DNA from: Octopus vulgaris
Lineage: Eukaryota
NCBI GenBank assembly: GCA_951406725.2
Contig: OX597824.1
Location: forward strand, 14,198,001 to 14,262,000
Reading direction: 5' to 3'
Length of the DNA stretch: 64,000 bases
Positions 48,167 through 62,319 of the stretch are shown one piece after another (positions within the stretch are counted from its first letter, which is position 1; every line of letters begins with the position of its first letter). The translations under genes were made by a program, and so were the position numbers. Below the pieces are notes generated by a model. It was not told where the DNA came from and made no database searches. It saw only the letters and a program-made list of their open reading frames with translations.

Positions 48167-49879
48167 TAAAATGGAATAGACAAAACTTTACTACTACTAA
48201 TACTACTTATTTCTTTACTGCCTACAAGGGGCTACACACAGAGGGGACAAACAAGGACAGACAAATGGATTCAGTCAATTATATTGACCCCATTGCGTAA
48301 CTGGTACTTATTTAATCAACCCCGAAAGGATGAAAGGCAAAGTCGACCTCGGCGGAATTTGAATTCAGAACGTAGCGACAGAGGAAATACCACTAGGCAT
48401 TCTGCCCGGCGTGCTAACGTTTCTGCAAACTCGCCTACTACTACTAATTCTACTACTACTATTACTACTGCAACTACTACTAACTCTACCACCATCACTA
48501 CTACTGTCACAAATACAGCTACCAGCTGGTTACATGTAACAGTAGCTATTCAATATCAGGCAAAAAAAATTCAATTTAGAAATACTAAATCAAATTTTAT
48601 ACAATTATGATAAATATATATGAAAAATTAGAAAAAAACCACCTTTTATCAATTCAAAATGAACAATTAAATTACACCATCTAGAAAATTACATAGAGTA
48701 GAAATATTAAAATAATAATAAAAAAACAATAAAATATCAAAAATAATAAAGACGTATATAATTGGTAGAATAAATATACACTAGATGTGTCTGTGGCCCA
48801 TTGGGTCTCAACCATTACACGTCGAAAATGTCATGTGCGGCGGCAAGGGAAAAAATATTATTTCGTTCTTCATGCAATAAAATTCTTAAATAAAACAGTC
48901 CTCCTGCCTTTGGTGTGACAACATAAACAAAACCAAATCTTTCTTCTTTGAAAATCTTCAAATGGCCTTCAACTTTCTTCCTCGCTTTATTCTTTGCTAT
49001 TTTTTGTTGTTCAAAGTGAAAAACATGGGTACCTCAGCATAAATGATGTTTTTACAAAGTCATCGTTGATGCACAATGAAAAATATTTTGGCAAAATTGT
49101 TCTCATATGTCATTCACTGACAGCCATATCTATCCTTATTATTTTTAAGCAATATTCTTTGTTTATCTGGTAGCTGAACTTACAGTCTCAACTATTGCAG
49201 GTGCTTTTTCATGAACTGAAAATCCTAAAATGGATGCAACTGCTTCGGATGGTCCATTATACCCACCCCTTAGATATTGACTAATTCCGTTATCATCGTT
49301 TATTGGAACAGCAACTTAGCCATTTCCTTTCAGCATTTGCTTAATGACATTCTTAACTGACCTCACTGAAGCAACGATTTCAATGTTGCAATAGCATTTG
49401 AATGCTCTTAGAAGAGTTTTATTGTAAGATACAACCGATTCTTATGAGATTCGACTGCTCCCATTGCAACTGATCTTCGTCTATAGAGAGATAATTTCTC
49501 TGTCTGTTTTCTGCCTTTTGATTAAGCTCATAAAGATTAATATCATATTTTTTTTAAATCATATTTATCCCCTTTTCAGAAAAAAAAAATCAAGTACCCG
49601 TGATTCAAAAAATATGTCATAAAAATATAGTGATTCCGAAAGTTGTATAAATGATTGAATGAAGAAATAAGAAAACTATTTAAAAAAAAAAAACAAGAAA
49701 AAAGAGCAAACAGCAATTAAGGGACAACTCCCTGAAGTGTCATCACTGAAATCGACATATTCAACTCGATTTTTTTTCTTTTTTTCTTAAAGGAGGAAAT
49801 GACTATTTTATTTGTAATCTGTATCATCTTAATCAAAGGGTAGGAAAACAGACAAACTTTGAGTTTTAGTATAATATAC

Positions 49880-49975
<96 letters not shown>

Positions 49976-49978
<3 letters not shown>

Positions 49979-50460
49979 GGGTGCTCAGGCTAAGTTTCTA
50001 TATTTGACAGTTTGCATAAACGGAAAAGGAAACACAATATTCCATCCAAAAATAAAAGAATTTTTTAAAATTTGGTGCCCCAAATATGACTAAAATACTT
50101 CACCAGGTGGTGCTATTAAGTTAGATGTAGACTGGGCCTATACTGGCCAAAACCTATCTAAGGTTTATCAACAAGAATATGGCTGGGAGATATAAGTTTA
50201 ATCCAAGTAGCTGACCCTCAGCTTCCACATAAGCCTCACGATGACTCCAGAGCCTGGCACGTGTGTTCTTCACTGTGTCCCAGGGAAGATCGTTGGATGC
50301 TGCCTTGATAGTGGCCACCAGCACAGCCTTAGTGTAGCAGACAGAATTACTGGTCTTTCTCAACCACACTCCTTCCCCTCCCATATAGTAACCAATGGGA
50401 TTACAATCAAGAGAATTAGGAGGCCACCAAATTGGAGGTGGTAAAGTCATAGAAATTCTC
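49976..50460 (-). mobile_element. Tc1/mariner (maT-like) 3' remnant (duplicate at 62317-62800)
   Basis: WPPNSLDCNPIGYY motif; terminus CAGGGTGCTCAGGCTAA next to a (TA)n tract. Confidence 0.7.
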
Positions 50461-50669
50461 CAACAGGGCGAGCTGGCAAAAACCTTAGCATGCCGGGGGA
50501 AATGCTTAGCGGTATTTTGTCTGCCGTTCTGAGTTCAAATTCTGCCGAGGTCAACTTTGCCTTCCATCCTTTCAGGGTCGATTATATAAGTACCACATCT
50601 GACTATCACTCACTCCCACTCTCTTTGTTGTTTTAGTCTTCTTCTAACAGCGTGACTGACAAGGCACAC

Positions 50670-50838
50670 ATTCCTCCTCCTCCTCCTCACCATCATCATC
50701 ACCAACATCATCATCACCATCATCATCACCAACATCATCATCACCAACATCATCATCACTATCAACGTCCTCATTATCATCATCGCCATTATCATCATCA
50801 TCATCATCACGATCCCCATCATCATCACCATCATCATC

Positions 50839-50869
<31 letters not shown>

Positions 50870-50987
50870 CGTTCCCCATCATCATCACCATCATCATCAT
50901 CATAATCATCATCATCATCATCATTACCATCCCCATCATCATCATCACCATCATCACCATCCTCCTCCTCATCATCATCATCTTCAT
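50670..50987. repeat. Imperfect (CAT/CAC)n microsatellite, expanded RTE tail (duplicate at 63016-63282)
   Basis: Direct reading; abuts the RTE 3' end. Confidence 0.9.
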
Positions 50988-53830
50988 TTTAACTTTTACT
51001 CTCCATGCTGGCATAGTTCAGACACTTTGACTGGAGCTGATGAGCCAAGGAACTGCACCAGGTTCCAGCAAGATTTTGGCAGGGTTTCTACAGCTAGGTG
51101 CCCTTCCTAGTGCCAACCAGTCAAGGAATATAAATAGATGCTTTTCCATGCCACTGGCACGGGTGCCATTTACATGACATTGGCAACGACCATGACCATG
51201 ATCCACGGGTAGGTGCCATTTATATGGAACCAGCAATGATCACAACTACAATGCATGGTTGGCATTTAGGGGGCACCGACAGCAAGAACAACCACAACTA
51301 CAATTCACTGGCGCCATTTACATGGCACTGGCAATGACCCCGACTACGGTGCACAGGTGCAATTTACATGGCACCAGGAAGGCCTCAACTACGATTTCAC
51401 TTAACACAACATATTGCCAGAGCTCTCAGTCACATGTCGTCATTTCTGAGAGGCCTAACGTTCAAAGACCATGCTTCCTCACCTCATTCCATGTCTTTCT
51501 GTGTCTACCTCTTCCACAGGTCCCTCCACAGTTAGAGATTGACCCTTCTTTACACAGCTGTCCTCGTCCATATGCATCAAAACCAATGCAGCCGTCTCTC
51601 TTTCACACCACATTTGATTCCCCTCATGCCCAGCTTTTCTCTTCAGACACTTACACTCTTATTTCTTTATTGCCCACAAGGGGCTAAACATAGAAGGGAC
51701 AAACAAGAACAGACAGAGGGATTAAGTCGATTAGATCAACCCCAGTGCGTAACTAGTACTTAAGTTATTGACCCAAAAAGGATAAAAGACAAAGTCAACC
51801 TTGGCGGAATTTGAACTCAGAACGTAAAGACAGACGAAATACCACTAAGCATTTTGCCCTGTGTGCTAACGTTTCTGCCAGCTCACTGCCTTCATTGTGT
51901 GTGTGTGTACACTCTGTCGTACACACACTTTCACATTGCACATCCAGCGAAGTATGCTAGCTTCATGTCTTTCAATCCTTCTTGGCTGTCACAACCCATC
52001 TTTCACTGCCATGTTGCATAGCTGTTCATCCACAGGCATCATACAGTCTGTCTTTCACTCTGAGGGAAAGGTGTTTGTTACCAACAGAGGTAGGAGCACT
52101 CTGAACTTTTCCCCTTCTATGTTTATTCTCACGGCTACACTCTCAGAGCATCCATCTCCCCTATTGACTTGGTCACCTAGATCAGTGCTTCTCAAAATAA
52201 CTGATGTGGCGTACCGGCATTTTTCCACCAATGTGCCAGGGACCAGTTATTTAATTATTTTTTTTTTAAATTTTTATCTAGTTTCAGCTCACAAGCTGTG
52301 GCTATGCTGGGGCACCGCCATTTGGTGTTGCTACATGATTTTACTTCACGAATGCTTTTTAGCAATTGCCATTTGGTGCATGAGAGAGTTCGATATTTCT
52401 TAGTAATATTAATTTATACTGGAAACGATATGATAAATATAATAAAAGTTTTTTTTTTCATTTTATATTTATATATTTTATATTATTATATAATTTATAT
52501 ATAGCACCATCCGTTTCGTGGCCGTTTGCCAGCTCTGTCTGGCCCCTGTGTTAGTGACACGTAAAAGCACCATCCGTTCGTGTCCGTTGCGAGCCTCGCG
52601 CGGCCCCCGTGCTGGTGACATGTAAAAGCACTATCCATTTCGTGGCCGTTTGCCAGCTCTGTCTGGCCCGTGTTGGTGGCACATAAAAGCACCATCCGTT
52701 CGTGTCCGTTGCCAGCCTCGCCTGGCCCCCGTGCCGGTGACACACGTAAAAGAACCATCCGTTCGTGGTCGTTTGCCAGCTCTGTCTGGCACCTGTGCGG
52801 GTGGCACGTAAAAAGCACCCACTACACTCACGGAGTGGTTGGCGTTAGGAAGGGCATCCAGCCGTAGAAACACTGCCAGATCTGACTGGGCCTGATGAAG
52901 CCTTCCAGTTTCACAGATCCCAGTTGAACCGTCCAACCCATGCTAGCATGGAGAACGGACGCTAAATGATGATGATGATGATGATATTTTATGTTATATA
53001 TTCATTTTCTATTTTCTATTTGTTTTTTTATTTTATATTTATTTTTTTTATTTTATATTTATTTTGTAAACAAATAATACAATATTACATAAGCATTTTA
53101 TAATGTTTCTTTTCTGAACAAGCCACGTACTGGCAGCTGATGGCTCGTGAACCGGTGCCGGTCCACGGAGCACCACTTTGAGTTGCACTGACCTAGATAA
53201 TGGAAGCTATCAGCTACCTCTCGCTTACCCATGTGCCATTTGATGGAGTCTATTTTCTATACATTTGTGGTGTCTATTGTACCTGTGCACCTTCCCCCCA
53301 AAAAAACCTGTTTTCCTTAGTGGCGCCAAGCTGGCAGAAACATTAGCACACTGGGCAAAATGCTTAGCAGTATTTCATCTGCCGTTACGTTCTGAGTTCA
53401 AATTCTGCCGAGGTCAACTTTGCCTTTCATCCTTTCGGGGTCGATTAAATAAGTACCAGTTACGCACTGGGGTCGATATAATCCACTTAATCCGTTTGTC
53501 TGTCCTTGTTTGTCCCCTCTGTGTGTAGCTCCTTGTGGGCAGTAAAAAAATAAGAAATGTTGACACGCCAGGCGAAATGCTTAGCAGTACTCCCTCCCCA
53601 AGATTTTGGGCCTTGTGCCTAGAGTAGAAAAAAAAACTGTTTTCCTTTTTGACCTTCCTCTGATATTGCTGCACCTCTTATGTGTCCATAGCTTACACCT
53701 GGTATATCCTATGCAGTTTATACCTATGCCTTTCTACAGATCATGAAGGGCCATCTACCTGAGGGGATTTATGATTTGTCCACTTTCCTACCTACAAGGA
53801 CTTTGGCCTTTGGTTTTGGTATTTTATTAT
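50988..53830 (-). mobile_element. RTE-type LINE remnant with nested SINE C and hAT MITE
   Basis: EVADSFHYLGDQV (split by the MITE), RRIERHEASILRWMCNV and GRGRHRKTWNEVRKH; partial duplicate at 63283-63950. Confidence 0.8.
52183..53190. mobile_element. hAT-Charlie-type MITE with 8-bp TSD ACCTAGAT
   Basis: TSD at 52175-82 and 53191-98; TIRs CAGTGCTTCTCAAA / TTTGAGTTGCACTG. Confidence 0.85.
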
Positions 53831-54640
53831 ATGTAAGAAAATCCCTTCATCATCACCATCAACAGTAGCAGTCCTGGTAATAGTTGTAATGGTAGCAGTT
53901 ATAATTGTGGTGTTGGTCGTTGTGGAGGTGGTAGTAGTAGTGGTCGTTGTGGAGGTGGTGATAATAGTAAGTGTAGTAGTTGTTAATAATAATGAATAAC
54001 TGTGGTGGTGGTAGTAGTGGCAATTGTAATGGTAATAGTTGCAGCAGCAGCAGCAGTTAGACTAGTCGTAATTGTAATAGTAGTAGTAGTAGTAGTAATT
54101 GTGGTAATGGTGGTGGTGGTGGTGGTGGTAGCGGTAGTAGTAGTGGTGGAAGCAGTAGTGTTGGTGGTGGTAATCTTAGCAGGGGCAGTGTGTTACGTTA
54201 AAACACACAAACACACATCAGAGACAGGTGTGGTTTTGTGGTCTCAAGTCTTTATGCTGGTACACCACAGATCTGAATGTTGAATTTCATGAGCTTCGGG
54301 CAACAGAATTACATATCAACCATTCGTTTAACTTCATTTGGAAACATCCAGTAGGTAAGAATTTCCATTCCATCTGACATCTCTTTTTATATTTTTGCAT
54401 TATTTGTCCCATTTTTAGAAATGTCATCATCATCATCATCATCATCATTGTTTTAATGTCCACTTTTCCAGGCTTGCTTGGCTCAGATACAACTTACTGA
54501 AGCAGGTTCTCCTGTTGCCAAACCTTGCCTGTATTCCAGCAATGATGTTGCTTGTATGACAATGGCACTTGTTTACAACACACTGTCAAATCAAAGAAAC
54601 GCAAACACACACATATACACTTATAATTGTTTGTGTGTGT

Positions 54641-54677
<37 letters not shown>

Positions 54678-54732
54678 GCTTCTTTCAGTTTCCATCAACC
54701 AACTCTACTCACAAGGCTTTCAGCCCTAAGCT

Positions 54733-55106
54733 ATATCTCTCTATATATAAACGGCAGTTTGTCTGTGTGTGTTTCTGTGTGTCTGTTTGGTTGTACCCTC
54801 ACCCTGACCATGGCTTTCAACCGATTCTGATGAAACTTGACACACACATATCCCAATGTCATAATTCAAAACTAACGCAGCGAAAATTTTGAAAAGTTCC
54901 CCCAGTTCTGAAAAAAATCGATAAATTCGACATGGGGTCGAGAATCAGAAACACAAACCACAGACTGTCTAGGGGACGCAACTTGACCTTTTTAACTAAA
55001 AAAAAAATTTACCATCATTTTTTTTCCATTTTTTGGCTATAACTCTCTAAAAATGCTTTATAGTTATTTCCCTTACTAACCCGAGCAACGCCGGGCGATA
55101 CTGCTA

Positions 55107-55108
<2 letters not shown>
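54733..55108 (-). mobile_element. Non-autonomous Helitron-like element, inverted copy of 17755-18140
   Basis: High identity to the reverse complement of 17755-18140. Confidence 0.65.
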
Positions 55109-55140
<32 letters not shown>

Positions 55141-56568
55141 TACATATAATAAAATGACTGTCACTGATAAAAGGAGGCTAACACAACAAACGGATTGGAA
55201 GTTTAGTGACGGCAAAGATAACCACACACACTCGCACACACAAACACACACTCACTGACATATGCACATATATATATATTTACATACATAAATACACATA
55301 CATACAACTTTTGCTTTTTATTTTCACAAATCGTTTATGTATATTTTGTGTATGCATGTGAGTGTGTATGTATTGTATATGCATATTTGTGTATGTATGT
55401 ATATTTTTATATGTTTGTAAAGGTCTGTGAGAAGACGGAGATGTACAATAAGCATCCCACCCCATTTGGTTTTGTTTGTTTTTTTTGTGGGTATTTTCAA
55501 ACAGAGCATGAAGTTAAACTTAAAATGTCTCTTCACATGCTAGAAATAACAGCCAAATCTCTTGAATTGTTTAATAACATATAGACAAAAACGAAAATTG
55601 CTCCTGTAAAAAAAAAAAGGGATTTTCGGCTGCTGCTGTGGAAATTTCTAAGTTTATTGAAAATTTTATAATTTGGTGTATTGGTGTAGTTTTCCAAGCT
55701 GAATCTCAGGAGATATTTCACTTTACTAGAAAAAAATTTTTTTAAAGTTATAGAGATTTAAAGTTTGATAATTTTCACCCAATCAGGAAACAGGATTTTG
55801 AAGCTGTCATTTTATGCGTCATATGTTTTAATATGAAACTGTAAATAAATCAACTTCTGCTTTATGCACAACATATAACTCTTCATTTTTTGAAATTTTC
55901 TGGAAATTTTTGTGAATTTGTTTTTTACACTCAGGAATTCATACAATTAGGCAAAAACCAAAACAAAAAACTTGTGGGTGCATGATTCACATCTCTTGAC
56001 CAGGGTACAAGCAGCAGATGGTCACAAATAGCAGAATACAGCTTCGATGCATATGCTTTTGCATAGAATATATTTGTCAACACGTGCAATCTCGCAGACA
56101 AAAAGTTCTCATGTTTGGCTTGTTACTATGGAAACAGGGTGGATCTTTTGGTTTGGTTGCCAGTTTTGGGAAAATTTTTTAATTTGGCACATTAATATAC
56201 TTGCCCAAACTGAATTGCTGGAGTTATTTCACTTTTTCCAGAAAAAATGTTTTTTAAAAAATTATAGAGTTTTAAAATTTTGATCATTTTTGCCCAGACA
56301 GGAAATAAGATTTGGAAGCAGTCATTTTGTGCCTGACTGCACATTTTGTCTTCAACATACTCAATTTTGCATGTGTTGTCAAGAAAGAATAAACAACTCC
56401 TAGGCATAGGAGTGACTATGTGGTAAGTTGCATGCTTACCAACCACATGGTTCTAGGTTCAGTCCCACTGCATGGCATCTTAGGCAATTTTTTTTACTAT
56501 AGCTTCAGGTCAACCAAAGCCTTGTGATTGGATTTGGTAGACGAAAACTGAAAGAAGCTCGTTGTATA

Positions 56569-56627
<59 letters not shown>

Positions 56628-57407
56628 GCCCGTTTCAGGTCAGTGGCACCTGCTACCCTCTTGGAGTGTTTGGCATCCAACTCATACCAGCATGGAAAAT
56701 GGACATTGAATGATGATGATTAGGATATCTATATATAAACATGTATGTGGGTTAATATCAAACAGTGAGGATGAGTGATCAATATTGCAGTAATGGATAA
56801 ATATCACTTATTTGTAGGTTAACGGGGCCGCCAAAGTTTTCATGCAAAGAGATCTTCACAATTGTTCAAGCTTGCCACAACAAAGTGTTGGTACTTGTCT
56901 CCATTTTGGATAGAAATATTCCTATCCAAAATAGAGATGTAGCATAATTTTGTAATATTTTTCAGCAGTACACAGGGAGCATATCTTGGAACCATTTATG
57001 AAAGGGTTAACATTGTCTATTAATGTCCAGTTTATATTTATATCAGTAACATTCTGACTTGAAATTCAAATTTGCATAATAGAGACATTCTATTTCATAT
57101 TTAAATGTTACAGAAGTGTTTGTGTTGTCTTGCTTGTAGTTTAAATATAGGTTTTGGTGGTTTGTACTTTTTACAGTATTATTTCATTTTAGGCTGCATT
57201 TCTTTTTAACCAATTTTATTTTAATGGACATAACTTTGATCTCTTGCAGTTGCATCTGTCTTCAATTGTGACTTTCTCTTATATATAGCTATTTAAATCT
57301 TGGATGCTGAGCATTTTGCTTCTTGTACAGCTATGGACATATTTGCATTCGGTAAATAACATGATACTTGTTTCTTTGTTTAGGTCACCGAATATCCAGT
57401 GAGAAAG

Positions 57408-58934
57408 ATGAACACAATGAGAACATTCAAACTCAGCTTCTTCTATTTAAGTATATTATCAATAAACCAACCAAGCAAAGCTGATAATATACTTTTCCTT
57501 TCAATGCCCGCTTTCAGTCATGTTCAAAACCAAATTCATACAGCGATGAAATTAAAGGCATATGGCCACACAAGTTACTTCTCATTGCCACCTAAACTGA
57601 TAACTGCTTTCAAGAATAAAGATGGTATTAAATTCATTCCTATTAAAGAAGACCAAAATGTAACCTCATTTCTTGAATTAGCAATCAAATTCTATTTAAG
57701 AACAGAAGAAATTAGCTGGCTTCAACTAATACAGGTGACAAAAAATATGTGTGACAACTTCCTCTTAGACAATGATTGGTATCATTCTATAAAAGAACTA
57801 AATGCCTCTTTGGCAATTGTAGATTCTGCTTTCTTTAGTCAGTGTTTAGCTATTGTCCCATATAGGCTATCAATTCCATTTGTATTTCAGGGTTTGGTTT
57901 TTGGACCACCTTCTTTAAGGAGAGTTCCTTGGAATCCAGCCGTGTTTCCAGTACTTGATTCTAAATATTCTGATAAAATGACATTTTTCCAAAAGCTTAA
58001 AAACACTATTGCAACATATGGCTTTTATATCACTTCCCCCTTGGCTCCCCCATCAAAGAGTGTCAAGGAATATGCCCCAGAAAAAAATGATATACCATTT
58101 GAAAGTGTTTTGCAAAAAGCTCAGTTATTCTTAACTGAGAGTGATCTGTTACTGAGTTATCCAAAACCCAGTCTCCCTTCTGAAGTATTTATTGGTGGAA
58201 TAGCAACTCATCCTGCATTGCCTCTACAAAGTGACATAAAGGAGTTTGTTGAAAGGTCTAAGCATGGAATCATCGTTGTTTCCTTTGGTAGTTACATAAG
58301 CGAGTTACCAAAAGAGCATATAGCGAAAATGGAGAAGGCTTTTAAAGAAATAAAGTATGATGTCATTTGGAAACGACCAGACTCAAAGCAATTAGCATCA
58401 AACATCCTCATAAAACAATGGCTGCCACAAAATGATCTTTTGGGTCATCCAAAAACAAAACTCTTCATTACACATTGTGGAAATAATGGTCAGTTTGAGG
58501 CTCTTTATCATGGAGTTCCAATGCTCGGATTTCCGATATTTGCAGATCAGTTTCACAATGGCCATCAAATGCACGTAAAGGAATATGGAATTTCTATGGA
58601 TATATATAATTACAATAAAGATGAACTTGTATCAAACATTAACGAACTGATTGAGAATTCAAAATATAAAACTAATATAAAACTTGCCAGTGAAATATTT
58701 CATTCCCGTCCAGAACACCCAGCAGAAAGGGCTGCTCGGTATGTAGACCATGTGATAAAGTATGGCGGAGATTATTTAAGATCGCCCTCTCAAAATATGC
58801 CTCTTTACCAATTTCTCATGCTGGATATCTATGCTACATTTCTGGCTATAATCATAGCTGTTGTGTTGGTTGTTAAGTTTGTGGTTTCAAAATGTTATCG
58901 ATGTTGTTTTGCGAAAAAGAAGAAAACGGAATAA
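57408..58934 (+). CDS. UDP-glycosyltransferase paralog 4 (508 aa)
   Basis: Same architecture; signature WLPQNDLLGHPKTKLFITHCGNNG..FADQ; KKTE tail. Confidence 0.96.
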   Translation: MNTMRTFKLSFFYLSILSINQPSKADNILFLSMPAFSHVQNQIHTAMKLKAYGHTSYFSLPPKLITAFKNKDGIKFIPIKEDQNVTSFLELAIKFYLRTEEISWLQLIQVTKNMCDNFLLDNDWYHSIKELNASLAIVDSAFFSQCLAIVPYRLSIPFVFQGLVFGPPSLRRVPWNPAVFPVLDSKYSDKMTFFQKLKNTIATYGFYITSPLAPPSKSVKEYAPEKNDIPFESVLQKAQLFLTESDLLLSYPKPSLPSEVFIGGIATHPALPLQSDIKEFVERSKHGIIVVSFGSYISELPKEHIAKMEKAFKEIKYDVIWKRPDSKQLASNILIKQWLPQNDLLGHPKTKLFITHCGNNGQFEALYHGVPMLGFPIFADQFHNGHQMHVKEYGISMDIYNYNKDELVSNINELIENSKYKTNIKLASEIFHSRPEHPAERAARYVDHVIKYGGDYLRSPSQNMPLYQFLMLDIYATFLAIIIAVVLVVKFVVSKCYRCCFAKKKKTE

Positions 58935-59257
58935 ACAGAAGCAATGTTATTGTAACTGACTGGTGAGGCAATGAGCTGGCAGAATTGTTGCTATGCTGGA
59001 CAAGATGCTTAGCAGCATTGCCATTCATCTTTATGTTCTGAGTTCAAACTCCATCAAGTTAGACTTTGCCTTTCATCCTATCAGGTCGATAAAATAAGTA
59101 CCAGTTGTATTCTGGATTCATTGTAATCGACTACTACCCTCACCCCAAAATTTCAGGCCTTGTGCCTATTGTAGAAAGGATATTTAAAACTGACTGATCT
59201 CATCAAAATATTCTTATTCAATATAATATTTCTTAACATTTCGATTGTCAGATTATA

Positions 59258-60527
59258 TCTGGCTGAGTAAAAAGTAAGCAACGTTTTTGAAACATGAAAT
59301 TTGCCACAATATATTTCAACAATGCGGAAATTTTATTCATCAGAGTAAGTAGCATTACAATCAACACGTTTTAGCCAACGAATTACAAGTTTGTTTATTC
59401 CTGTAACATAAAAATGCGGAGTTCTGGGACTGGTGAACACTTTGAATGTAATTTCAGCATCGGCTTGATTTTTGAACTCCCACAGGAAAATATCAAGGTG
59501 CTTATAAAAGTGGCAGGCAGTAGGAGAAAGGTCTGAGGAATAAACTGGGTGGGGAGGAACTTTGTAGCCAAGTTCCCTCAACTTCAGGAGTATCATTAGT
59601 GAAACATCTGGTCAAGCATAGCCTTGAAGAATGATTGGCCCTCTTCTGTTGACCAGTCTGGGATGGTGGAGTGGCAGTTTTTCATTCAATATAGCGACTT
59701 CATGGCAATATGTTTCTGCAGTAATGGTTTTTTCTGGTTTTTAAGAAGTTATAGTCGATAAGTCTAGCAGTACAGCACCAAACACTCTTTTTGAAGGGCT
59801 CGGGTTTAGAGAAGGTTTTCTGTGCTTCATTTTGGTCCAACCACTGTGAAGAACAATTTTTATAATTGTACAGAATCCACTTTTCATCACAAGTTACAAA
59901 ATGGTTGAAGAATGGACAGCTCTAGCAACAAAGAAGCGACAAGCAAATTTCATATCTGCGCATTTTCTGATTTTCATTCAAATCATGTGGTACCCATTTG
60001 TCAAGCATTTTGTGATTTTCCGATCGCATGCAAATGGTTGTAGGCAGTTTCCTGGGTAACTGGAAGTTCTTTTGCCAGTTCTTGAGTGGTTTTACATGGA
60101 TCTTTTTCAACGACAGTCTTTTATTGACCATCATCGATGACAGCTGGGCATCCATTATGCTTTCAATCTTCAAAGCTCAGGTTTCCACTAATAGATCGGT
60201 TAAACCATTTTCGAGCTGACCACTCACTGGTCATTTCCTCACCAATCATTTCTTTGATATTGCGAGCAGTTTCAGCTGCTTTACGTCCTTGTTTGAAGTT
60301 GAATTGCAAAATTACTTGAACTTCACACTCTGACAGTTCCATTTCAGATGATTGTAACAAGAGTGAAAAGTATATCACTGTAAATTTATTGATGCATTTG
60401 GGCAATTCTATGTCTGTATTATCAGACGGTTGCAAAAAAAATGTTTAAAAAGAAATTCAGAACTCTGCAAATATCTGATACAAATACTTCATGGTTCAAA
60501 ACGTTGCTTACTTTTTACTCAACCTGA
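59258..60527 (-). mobile_element. Duplicate of the decayed mariner element
   Basis: Same insertion site and TIRs as 46896-48166; WVPHDL motif. Confidence 0.92.
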
Positions 60528-62244
60528 TAAAATGGAATAGGCAAAAATTTACTACTACTACTATTACTTATTTCTTTACTGCCCACAAGATGCTACACAC
60601 AGAGGGGACAGACAAATGAATTCTGTTGATTATATTGACCCCAGTGCGTAACTGGTACTTATTTAATCAACCCCGAAAGGATGAAAGGCAAAGTCGACCT
60701 CGGCGGAATTTGAATTCAGAACGTAGCGACAGAGGAAATACCACTAGGCATTCCGCCCGGCGTGCTAACGTTTCTGCAAACTCGCCTACTACTACTATTT
60801 CTACTACTACTAACTCTACCACCATCACTACTACTGTGACAAGTACAGCTACCAGCTGGTTACATGTAACAGTAGCTATTCAATATCAGGCAAAAAAAAT
60901 TCAATTTAGAAATACTAAATCAAATTTCACACAATTATAATAAATATATATGAAAAATTAGAAAAAAAACACCTTTTATTAATTCAAAATGAACAATTAA
61001 GTTACACCATCTAGAAAATTACATAGAGTAGAAATATTAAAATAATAATAAAAAAACAATAAAATATCAATGATTAAGTAAATTGCAAAACAAATAATAA
61101 TGTCGTATATAATTGGTAGAATAAATATACACAAGATGTGTCTGTGGCCCATTGGGTCTCAACCATTACACGTCGAAAATGTCATGTGCGGTGGCAAGGG
61201 AAAAAATATTATTTCGTTCTTCATGCAATAAAATTCTTAAATAAAACAGTTCTCCTGCCTTTGGTGTAACAACATAAACACAACCAAATCTTTCTTCTTT
61301 GAAAATCTTCAAATGGCCTTCAACTTCCTTCCTCGCTTTATTCTTTGCTATTTTTTGTTGTTAGTGTTCAAAGTGAAAAACATGGGTACCTCAGCATAAA
61401 TGATGTTTTTACAAAGTCATCGTTGATGCACAATGAAAAATATTTTGTCAATATTGTTCTCATATGTCATTCACTGACAGCCATATCTATCCTTATTATT
61501 TTTTAGCAATATTCTTTGTTTATCTGGTAGCTGAACTTACAGTCTCACTATTGCAGGTGCTTTTTCATGAACTGAAAATCCTAAAATGGATGCAACTGCT
61601 TCGGATGGTCCATTATACCCACCCCTTAGATATTGACTAATTCCGTTATCATCGTTTATTGGAACAGCAGCTTAGCCATTTCCTTTCAGCATGTGCTTGA
61701 TGACATTCTTAACTGACCTCACTGAAGCAACGATTTCAATGTTGCAATAGCATTTGAATGCTCTTAGAAGAGTTTTATTGTAAGATACAACCGATTCTTA
61801 TGAGATTCGACTGCTCCCATTGCAACTGATCTTCGTCTATAGAGAGATAATTTCTCTGTCTGTTTTCTGCCTTTTGATTAAGCTCATAAAGATTAATATC
61901 ATATTTTTTTTTTAAATCATATTTATCCCCTTTTCAGAAAAAAAAAATCAAGTACCCGTGATTCAAAAAATATGTCATAAAAATATAGTGATTCCGAAAG
62001 TTGTATAAATGATTGAATGAAGAAATAAGAAAACTATTTAAAAAAAAAAACAAGAAAAAGAGCAAACAGCAATTAAGGGACAACTCCCTGAAGTGTCATC
62101 ACTGAAATCGATATATTCAACTTGATTTGCTTTGTTTTTTTCTTAAAGGAGGAAATGACTATTTTATTTGTAATCTTTATCATCTTAATCAAAGGGTAGG
62201 AAAACAGACAAACTTTGAGTTTAAGTATAATATACATAGATATA

Positions 62245-62319
<75 letters not shown>

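Noticed and set aside
50610-51110. Poly-His / poly-Met proteins (also 62953-63405)
   Set aside because: Expanded (CAT)n microsatellite at an RTE tail; no gene structure.
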